In this document: piece after piece, positions 1 through 6,498 of the stretch
Numbering within the stretch: the first letter of the stretch is position 1
How the letters are laid out: the number at the start of each line of letters is the position of its first letter
From: a virus
Lineage: Duplodnaviria; Caudoviricetes
Direction: 5' to 3' (one strand)
Virus record (IMG/VR): IMGVR_UViG_3300032373_000041
Coordinates: 1 to 40,338 of that record
DNA: 40,338 bases
Made by a program: the position numbers and the translations under genes
The notes under the pieces: generated by a model
Told to the model about the DNA's origin: nothing
The model's database searches: none
The model's input: the letters and a program-made list of their open reading frames with translations, nothing else

Positions 1-127
1 GCTAATTGCCTGAACGCTTCGTCGAATGCGATGGCCAGCCACTTCATGTTTTGCGCTCCAAAATGTCAGCTAGGCGGCGCAGGCGTTCAGCTTGCCGCCT
101 TACGTTTTCCGGCCCGCGTTGCTTCAA
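1..127. repeat. Terminal direct repeat (identical to 40212-40338); circular contig overlap
   Basis: First 127 nt match the last 127 nt; coupled minus-strand ORFs read through the join. Confidence 0.95.
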
Positions 128-196
128 GTTGCAGGAGATAACGTCCAGTTCCTCGGCAATAGCGATAACGTAACGAGGCGTGGCGTAGTCACTCAT
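44..196 (-). CDS. Small hypothetical protein (MSDYATPRY..., 50 aa)
   Basis: ATG overlaps the end of the upstream small ORF; its stop overlaps the next ATG. Confidence 0.55.
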   Translation of the reverse strand: MSDYATPRYVIAIAEELDVISCNLKQRGPENVRRQAERLRRLADILERKT

Positions 197-344
197 AATC
201 TTGTTCGACTTCGACAATCGGGCATTGCGAGAAATCAGGCTCAAAGTCTTGTTCTTGGCGGCACAAATTGATGGTTTCGTATGATTCCAGACCGAGCCAG
301 TGATAGGCTTCCTGCGCGCAAAACTCGTCAAGTGGTGTTGTCAT
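189..344 (-). CDS. Small acidic hypothetical protein (MTTPLDEFCAQ..., 51 aa), not in ORF track
   Basis: Strong AAGGAGG RBS upstream of ATG; open to TGA at 189. Confidence 0.6.
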   Translation of the reverse strand: MTTPLDEFCAQEAYHWLGLESYETINLCRQEQDFEPDFSQCPIVEVEQDYE

Positions 345-356
345 GCCGCTGCCTCC

Positions 357-953
357 TTAGAATAGACGCCCATTCTCCTGAGCAAATTCAAGTGGATCTT
401 TTGCGTGCTTCCGCAAGTTACAGGTGGGGCAAGCAATCACGAGATTGTCGAGTTCGTGTTTGCCGCCTCTTGATAGCGGCACGTAATGATCGACGTGGTA
501 ATCATCACCACAATCCGCGCTGCACCAATGGCAAATCTTGTCTTGTTGCTTTTTCCACGCAAGCAGAGCGCGCCCACTTATGCCTTTGCGCTCTATTGAT
601 CTGCGGACGGCCTTGTTCGATGCCTTGTAAGCCCGCACGACTTCTGGGTTCTGTTGCTGCCAGTCCCGCACCCTTTTCTTGGTTGCGTCTGGGTTCTTTT
701 TATAACCAGCCTTAACGTTCGCTATGACCTCTGAGCGACGTTCTTTGTAGCGCGCCGCATCATATGCGCGCTTATGTAGCTTTCTTTTTGCCTCTGCCGA
801 AGGATCGGATTGCGCGCGTTTTTCGAGCTTTTTCTTGCAGCATGGTTTGCAATACGAATAGCGCCCATCCTGCCTATTTCTCGCGCTGTGAAAATCCCCT
901 ATTGGAAGGGATTGATTGCAGGAAGTGCAAACCTTAATGGACTGCTTAGCCAT
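357..953 (-). CDS. HNH endonuclease with N-terminal CxxC...CxxC zinc motif
   Basis: CHWC...HVDHYVPLSRGGKHELDNLVIACPTCNLRK is a canonical HNH motif; GGAG RBS. Confidence 0.92.
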   Translation of the reverse strand: MAKQSIKVCTSCNQSLPIGDFHSARNRQDGRYSYCKPCCKKKLEKRAQSDPSAEAKRKLHKRAYDAARYKERRSEVIANVKAGYKKNPDATKKRVRDWQQQNPEVVRAYKASNKAVRRSIERKGISGRALLAWKKQQDKICHWCSADCGDDYHVDHYVPLSRGGKHELDNLVIACPTCNLRKHAKDPLEFAQENGRLF

Positions 954-954
954 T

Positions 955-1013
955 CGATCGCTCCATGATCGTTTCGGTTAGGGCCGCGCGGTGTTGAAGC
1001 ACCGTTGCGGCCC
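955..1013 (-). promoter_or_regulatory. Structured leader of HNH gene (two hairpins)
   Basis: GGGCCGC/GCGGCCC plus CGGTG/CACCG stem at 981-1013; CGATC/GATCG stem at 955-971 with the GGAG RBS in its loop. Confidence 0.6.
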
Positions 1014-1017
1014 GATT

Positions 1018-1032
1018 GTTCTATACCTGTTC
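1018..1032. promoter_or_regulatory. Alphaproteobacterial LexA (SOS) box
   Basis: GTTC-TATACCT-GTTC matches GTTC-N7-GTTC exactly and lies directly upstream of the HNH leader. Confidence 0.7.
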
Positions 1033-2204
1033 TATGCCGCTTGCAACATTTCAGGCGAAACAAACACCCGTCCCACTTGCCCAAATTTCTTACTGTAAGT
1101 GATCGACTGAACGGCCCTATCCGCGATCCAGCCACCACGCGCTGCATAGGCATCGCGCGCAGCGATTGTGGGATGCTGAACGACTGTGACACCGTTGTAT
1201 TCCTTTTCATCAACGTGGTGGCGGTGCCCGCAGTGAACGGTGCGCTTTTTCGTGCGCCCCCATTCTTCAGGAAATTGCGCCGCAAAGAGTAGCGGCAATT
1301 GTTCGTTCTTGACCTTGTGCCCGTGATGGAAGCCAAGCATAACCTCGCCCCACTCAAAGACATAAAACGGCAGTTCGGAATCGTTTACCTCAACGCGAGG
1401 TTCATTCTCATACAGCGCCGCGAACAACAGCCGCAGCCAAACCGAACTAGCCTCATCATGGTTGCCCTCGCAAATCACCAGATGCACGGAGTCGTGTTTT
1501 GCAAGCGCCATCGCGACAAGCGCGCGTATGGTGCGAATTGCCGTTGCCACAATCCGGCTAAATCGCCCATCCTGATCGAGAACGTGGCGGTGCGCAGGCG
1601 TTACGGGCAAGAGCCCGTCAGAGTGCAGCATATCACCTTGAATGTTCACCACCGCCCTTGTGGCAGGTGGCGATTGCTCAAGCATCATTCCAAAGCTGCC
1701 GATAAGGGTTTTTTCCGCAATCTTTATGTCCCAATTAGCGCCGCCCTCTTCTTCTTGTGCAAGCATTCCAAGATGGAAATCCGAATAGGTATAAAGGTTG
1801 CAAAGATCATCATTCGATTGCGCAGGCGCAGGAATGGGAAGGCATGGGGTTATATCCCCCTTCATCGCTTCAAGGGCTTCTTGCAGAGCCGCCCATGCTT
1901 GCCCTTTGGTTGGTTCGCTTATTAGCCAACCGCCCGCAGCCCTGCCCTCTTTGTCGAACCTTGCCGAGTGCCGCTTGACCGTAAAGCCAACGGGCGCTGA
2001 GCCGTCCATATTAGACGCTTCCGGCGCATATCCCGCCTTTGCCGCCTTGCGCTTAACCTGCTTGAGTTTCGCGCTTGAATAAGACCGCGCATAGCCTAGC
2101 GCATCATCTGCCAGCCTGCACTCACCGTGTTCAATGATCGCCTCTAATGCTTGGCGCTCTTTGTCGGTTGTGCAGAAGTCGAGTAGCTTTGGGTCAATGT
2201 CCAT
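1032..2204 (-). CDS. Calcineurin-like metallophosphoesterase with N-terminal HTH-like region
   Basis: Ordered motifs SDFH, GD, GNHD, HHGH, GHRH. Confidence 0.85.
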   Translation of the reverse strand: MDIDPKLLDFCTTDKERQALEAIIEHGECRLADDALGYARSYSSAKLKQVKRKAAKAGYAPEASNMDGSAPVGFTVKRHSARFDKEGRAAGGWLISEPTKGQAWAALQEALEAMKGDITPCLPIPAPAQSNDDLCNLYTYSDFHLGMLAQEEEGGANWDIKIAEKTLIGSFGMMLEQSPPATRAVVNIQGDMLHSDGLLPVTPAHRHVLDQDGRFSRIVATAIRTIRALVAMALAKHDSVHLVICEGNHDEASSVWLRLLFAALYENEPRVEVNDSELPFYVFEWGEVMLGFHHGHKVKNEQLPLLFAAQFPEEWGRTKKRTVHCGHRHHVDEKEYNGVTVVQHPTIAARDAYAARGGWIADRAVQSITYSKKFGQVGRVFVSPEMLQAA

Positions 2205-2434
2205 TATCCTGTAAACGCCCGCCAGAGTTTCGACAATGCAGCGCCAGCGCCGCCGCCCGCCAGCGCAACGCCAATCAGCAAGCCCGTCCCCTTGTTCTTG
2301 AGGCGCGCCAGCTCGGCCTTGTCGTCGTCGAGGTCATCGCGAATTGCTTTGATGTCTGCGGCCATTTCGTCCTGCTTTCGGGACTGGCCTTCGAGCAGTG
2401 TTTCTATTCGCGCCAAGCGTTCACCTTGATTCAT
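2204..2434 (-). CDS. Small coiled-coil protein with C-terminal TM helix (XhlA/holin-like)
   Basis: ERLARIETLL coiled coil followed by hydrophobic GLLIGVALAGGGAGAAL; follows tail genes. Confidence 0.65.
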   Translation of the reverse strand: MNQGERLARIETLLEGQSRKQDEMAADIKAIRDDLDDDKAELARLKNKGTGLLIGVALAGGGAGAALSKLWRAFTG

Positions 2435-2442
2435 TTAGAGCC

Positions 2443-2538
2443 TCACACATTGCTGCCAAACCAAGCAGCGATGAAAAGCGCCGCCAGAATCGAATTTATC
2501 GCTACTGTAAGAATTATCCTGTCACCTGGGCGCATCAT
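2443..2538 (-). CDS. 31-aa membrane peptide (MMRPGDRIILTVAINSILAALFIAAWFGSNV), not in ORF track
   Basis: ATGA overlap with upstream stop; fills the gap; one hydrophobic helix. Confidence 0.5.
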   Translation of the reverse strand: MMRPGDRIILTVAINSILAALFIAAWFGSNV

Positions 2539-3308
2539 TCAATCGTCAGGCCATTCGCCAGATAATAAGCCTTCATTTCGTCATAGAACGTGTCAACCTG
2601 AGCGGAGGTAAGCGCGAAATCCCAATAGGCGAACAACGCAAGGTCATGGTCAGCATCGGTGAAAGCAATCGTCTTGAAATTGCCGTCTGTTGTGGCTTCG
2701 TTAAAATAGACGAACTCACCAGATGAAAGCGCCGTGGTGTTAACGTCTGACTTCGCTGGCTCATAAAGAACAAGCTCCACCTCGCTTTCGCCCGTCATTA
2801 CAAACAGCGACCACTCACCATCGCGGCCCGTTGCAATGATCTGTGATAGAAGTTGCTGCGTTCCTGCAACTGTGGGCGCGGTTTGATGATCGAACTTGTG
2901 AACGATGCCGCCAATTCTGCTGCCGCCCAAGGTAAACACAGCGCGGCCATCAACCGTTTGTGAGCCTGGAGCATTACCAATAATACCGTCATAGATGCCA
3001 TCAACCGACTTGATCTTTGCAATCATAGCCAGTGTGAACTCCCCAGTGTTTGACGGCACTTGCGGCCATTCAATATCACCAACGGTATCCACACTAAGGT
3101 GAGTGGCGCTAAATGTAGGCGGGTTGCCCTTGGCAAAGACCGGAGTGCCGGCGGCGATGCCAGCATGATTGACCTTCGCCCGCGCCATTGATTCGCGCAG
3201 ATCGGAAAGGATGATTGGCGTGCCTACCGATGTAACCGGGCCGGAAAATCCCTGCCGGATCGACGAAAAGTCTTCGCCATCAAGTTCAAGAAAGAGAGCG
3301 TCGGCCAT
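2535..3308 (-). CDS. Tail fibre-associated beta-rich protein (possibly LamG/concanavalin-like)
   Basis: Coupled to tail fibre (TAATG); FTLAMIAK...WSLFVMT...AYWDFALTSAQV pattern resembles LamG folds. Confidence 0.55.
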   Translation of the reverse strand: MADALFLELDGEDFSSIRQGFSGPVTSVGTPIILSDLRESMARAKVNHAGIAAGTPVFAKGNPPTFSATHLSVDTVGDIEWPQVPSNTGEFTLAMIAKIKSVDGIYDGIIGNAPGSQTVDGRAVFTLGGSRIGGIVHKFDHQTAPTVAGTQQLLSQIIATGRDGEWSLFVMTGESEVELVLYEPAKSDVNTTALSSGEFVYFNEATTDGNFKTIAFTDADHDLALFAYWDFALTSAQVDTFYDEMKAYYLANGLTIE

Positions 3309-5329
3309 TACGAGATTGTCCTTTCAAAGACGCAGCACCAATTATGCACTGGAATGTTGTAGTAATCGGGTTGATAGATAACCGTGTCGCCCATCGTATC
3401 GCGCAGGTTGCCCATGCCCTGATAGCCATTGGTATCCGTCCAACCGTATTTCAGAACAGCGCCCGCAGGGATGGTCGCAGCGGCGGTGATTTTGACCGTG
3501 TCGTAGTCCGATATTTCCACGCTTGAGATTGTGATCGGCGTGCCATCACTTTCCTCTAGCTCGAAGCCTTGCGTGGTCTGCGCGGGAACAAGCGTGGTGT
3601 CGAAAATCAACTCACCCTTGGGAACGTTGAAGCGAACGACCAAAAGATCATCTTGAACGATTTGGGAAACGGGGCGCAGCGGCTCCCAAGTTTCCTCATT
3701 GATAATGACCTTCTTGTAAACGTAGGCCCGAAGCGCGGCCATTTGGTGATAGCCATAAAGCGTCGGGTGCAAATTATCAGAACTGCGCTCGACAGGGTAT
3801 TCGGGACCAGCCAGAATAAAGTTATCAAGCGTATCGTGGGCTTCCAGTTGAGCCAGTGCAATCCAAGGCGTTGTCCGGCTGTAGTTCGGATGATCCGCAA
3901 CTTGATTGCCAATCACCATAATGTCTTTTGTTTGGCTCGTGATTGCCTTTGCATCAGTGTCAATGTCGCTGCAAAGCGTGGTTAACAGCGCCAGATATTG
4001 CGCTTGTGTTTGGCTTCCATTGAAATAGTCCTGCTGGCCTTGAGTCCAGAAAACCACTTGAACACCGAACGTGTCGCCTGCCGCATTCGCTAGGGTAAGT
4101 GCTTCATCCCATTGGTCGGTCAACCGCGAGTAATAGCTTCCGCCCTTGCTCAATTCGTTGATGGACTTTCCGCCCTCCGCAGGTGCAGAGAGCAACAATT
4201 GATAATCGTGATCGGTGTATGCCTTGCCATCTTCGGCAAGGATTAACTCCTTCAAGCCATCGCCAAAGCCGCACATTCCCGTTTCACCGACAAGCGCCGA
4301 AGTGGGGGAAACCATTTCAACCGCACTAACAAGACTTTGATACCAAGTTGTTCCTGTTTCGCCGGGGTAGTCATATTCAGGCCGCATCCCGCGATAGAAC
4401 ATCTTGTGATCATAAGCAGCGATGGTGCTTTCAGCCGGATAGGCTTGCGTTCCTACCGCATAGGATTGGCCATAATTAGCCACGCCATTTAGGTTGAAAT
4501 CGTAAAGATTGCCCGTCTGGAATGCATCTGGAACAAGTGAGAAGTCAGCAACCAGTTTGCCGTTCGCATCAACGCCCATTATGACATTGCCCGAACCATC
4601 GCGGATGCCAAACTTCCAATGGCTGCTGTTTTCAACAAGAAGCTGATCGACAGTAGCCGTGCCTAGCGACAATTGGCCAAATTCAACACTCGTGCTGGCG
4701 GTATCCATTTCGTGAATGGCAATGTAGTTTGCATCATCACCAAACGCGAAGAACTCATCGCCCGTTGTTAGCGCAGCCTCCGCCGCCGTGATTGCCGCTG
4801 CAATGGTCGTGTCGTGATAGACATTGCCCGAAGCAAGCGATGCCACCACAGCCGCAGCTTCGGCAGTCTCCGCGTTTGTCTCAGCGGTTTCAGCGTTTGT
4901 TTCTGCTGTCTCTGCATTTGTTTGGGCTGTTTCGGCGGCGGCTTGCGCTGCCTCTGCTCCGGTTTCTGCCGTTTCCGCATTTGTTTCCGCTGTCTCCGCT
5001 GCTGTAGCCGCTGCCTCTGCCCGGTCAGCATCAACTCCGGCCATGCCAGTGCCATACATTGGTAGATAGCGCTGCGTGCGCTGGAACACGCCGTTTTCGT
5101 TGTAGAAGCGCAGGCTGTACGTGCCATCAGCGACAAACAGATCATAGTTGCCAAGGCTGTCCGTTTTGGCGCGGTTTGTAATACCAGAAACCGTCTCGAT
5201 GGCCGTGCTGTTTTCGTCCGAATAGATCGGCACAACAGTCTCACCGTCCGCCAGCTCAACAACTTCGACCTGCCAATCAACAAGGCTGTCGCCAGCACCT
5301 GTTTCGACGCGACTAAAATAGTGAAACAT
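3308..5329 (-). CDS. Tail fibre/spike with Ala/Glu/Thr heptad stalk and C-terminal SGNH (sialate O-acetylesterase-like) domain
   Basis: N-terminal virion-attachment-like region, AETAETN repeats, motifs YGQS, WTQGQQD, DNLH. Confidence 0.8.
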   Translation of the reverse strand: MFHYFSRVETGAGDSLVDWQVEVVELADGETVVPIYSDENSTAIETVSGITNRAKTDSLGNYDLFVADGTYSLRFYNENGVFQRTQRYLPMYGTGMAGVDADRAEAAATAAETAETNAETAETGAEAAQAAAETAQTNAETAETNAETAETNAETAEAAAVVASLASGNVYHDTTIAAAITAAEAALTTGDEFFAFGDDANYIAIHEMDTASTSVEFGQLSLGTATVDQLLVENSSHWKFGIRDGSGNVIMGVDANGKLVADFSLVPDAFQTGNLYDFNLNGVANYGQSYAVGTQAYPAESTIAAYDHKMFYRGMRPEYDYPGETGTTWYQSLVSAVEMVSPTSALVGETGMCGFGDGLKELILAEDGKAYTDHDYQLLLSAPAEGGKSINELSKGGSYYSRLTDQWDEALTLANAAGDTFGVQVVFWTQGQQDYFNGSQTQAQYLALLTTLCSDIDTDAKAITSQTKDIMVIGNQVADHPNYSRTTPWIALAQLEAHDTLDNFILAGPEYPVERSSDNLHPTLYGYHQMAALRAYVYKKVIINEETWEPLRPVSQIVQDDLLVVRFNVPKGELIFDTTLVPAQTTQGFELEESDGTPITISSVEISDYDTVKITAAATIPAGAVLKYGWTDTNGYQGMGNLRDTMGDTVIYQPDYYNIPVHNWCCVFERTIS

Positions 5330-5770
5330 TTATAGTATCCCCGAATTGTTGAAGAATGATGCCGAAACCGTGTCGGTCGCCTGCACACCCATCGAATCCG
5401 TGGCGGTGCAGGTAAAAATCGCTAAAGCATCTGTTCCGGGCGCTAGGGCCGTCTGGAATTGTGTTGTTGCCGAGAGTGGGGCCGTCGCTGCCCCGACGCC
5501 GGATGTGAGCGCCCACGAGTAAGTGTAAGGAGACTGCCCCCCGCTTGGTGCAGCAGAAACAGCAGCGGTTGTGCAGACAGCGCCGCTGGTTATCGTTCCG
5601 CTAGTAGAACTAGGGCTAATCTCCAGCGACATAGGCGGCAGAAAATTGGCAATCTCAACCCAAGCTGAGCCGTCATAATATTCAGCGCAGACAAGGTCTT
5701 TCCACTCGCCAGAGACGTAAACCTTGGCCGATGCGACTTCCTTAAAGGAGCCGCCAACACGAACCCTCAT
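5330..5770 (-). CDS. Tail-associated protein with Ig-like region
   Basis: Ser/Thr/Gly-rich; SGGQSPYTYSW...FTCTATDS.G is Ig-like; lies in the tail module. Confidence 0.65.
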   Translation of the reverse strand: MRVRVGGSFKEVASAKVYVSGEWKDLVCAEYYDGSAWVEIANFLPPMSLEISPSSTSGTITSGAVCTTAAVSAAPSGGQSPYTYSWALTSGVGAATAPLSATTQFQTALAPGTDALAIFTCTATDSMGVQATDTVSASFFNNSGIL

Positions 5771-6105
5771 GGCGTGTAGAAAAACACAAAATCGCCGTCA
5801 GAGGGCGTTGCTGGATTAGATGAGCCATCTGCTAAGATCGAAACCTTGCCAGAGGTGTGACCAGAGCTGGCATGATGAAGAAATGCGCCCTCGCCATCAT
5901 ATTTGGGCTGCGTTCCTGTGAACGTGCCGCCAGTAAGCGGCATGTAGCCCGAAACCACAGGCAACCCGTCATACATGACCTTCACATCGGCCATCAATTG
6001 ACGGAAAGCGTTGTTTAGATTGCCAGGTGGACACTGCTCGGCAATATTGATGCCGCTGATGGTTGTGTTGTCTCCTGGCGTGGTATCATAATCGGTGACG
6101 GCCAT
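5767..6105 (-). CDS. Short tail protein
   Basis: GGAGG RBS; GYMPLTGGTFTG fibre motif; position. Confidence 0.65.
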   Translation of the reverse strand: MAVTDYDTTPGDNTTISGINIAEQCPPGNLNNAFRQLMADVKVMYDGLPVVSGYMPLTGGTFTGTQPKYDGEGAFLHHASSGHTSGKVSILADGSSNPATPSDGDFVFFYTP

Positions 6106-6121
6106 TTGCTGCCCTCCAATG

Positions 6122-6146
6122 AAAAAGGGCGATCCGAAGACCGCCC
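6122..6146 (-). terminator. Intrinsic terminator
   Basis: Minus strand reads GGGCGGTC-TTCG-GATCGCCC-TTTTT. Confidence 0.85.
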
Positions 6147-6219
6147 CGCAGGTTGTTGTAATCTAAAGGTGTTTGCCCGTAGGCTTTAAATGGGTGCGAA
6201 GCGGTGTTATGTATGCTTC

Positions 6220-6495
6220 ATGGCACCCAACGAGACTGGCAATTCAGACAAGGCAATTGAAGTCCTTGAGGCTGATATTCGCAAGTCTCAATTCTCCGCT
6301 TGGGATGTCGAAACATTTCTTGCGAAACGCCATCAAGCTAAGATTGATGCACTTGAAAAACCGCGCGGCAATTGGGGCCGCAGGTGGTTGGTGACCAAAG
6401 AACTTGGCGTGTATTTCCTCGCCGCTGTCGGCTTTATGGCGCTCAATATCGCATTTGGCGTTTGGCTTGTCGGTGGTTATGTCCCGACACAGTAA
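6220..6495 (+). CDS. Counter-oriented moron, membrane protein (C-terminal TM)
   Basis: Plus-strand ORF filling a gap in the minus-strand virion module; hydrophobic GVYFLAAVGFMALNIAFGVWLVGG; start uncertain (6190 or 6220). Confidence 0.7.
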   Translation: MAPNETGNSDKAIEVLEADIRKSQFSAWDVETFLAKRHQAKIDALEKPRGNWGRRWLVTKELGVYFLAAVGFMALNIAFGVWLVGGYVPTQ

Positions 6496-6498
6496 CGC

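Noticed and set aside
1-127. 127-bp terminal repeat as a biological direct terminal repeat or att site
   Set aside because: The length equals a common assembler k-mer, and it falls within coupled genes far from terS and int; it indicates circularity only.
357-953. HNH as terminase-associated packaging nuclease or as IscB
   Set aside because: It lies ~20 kb from terS, has no RuvC motifs, and its leader is far shorter than an omega-RNA.
4840-5030. AETAETN repeats in the tail fibre as a variable array
   Set aside because: Codons are synonymously diverged; this is an ordinary coiled-coil stalk.
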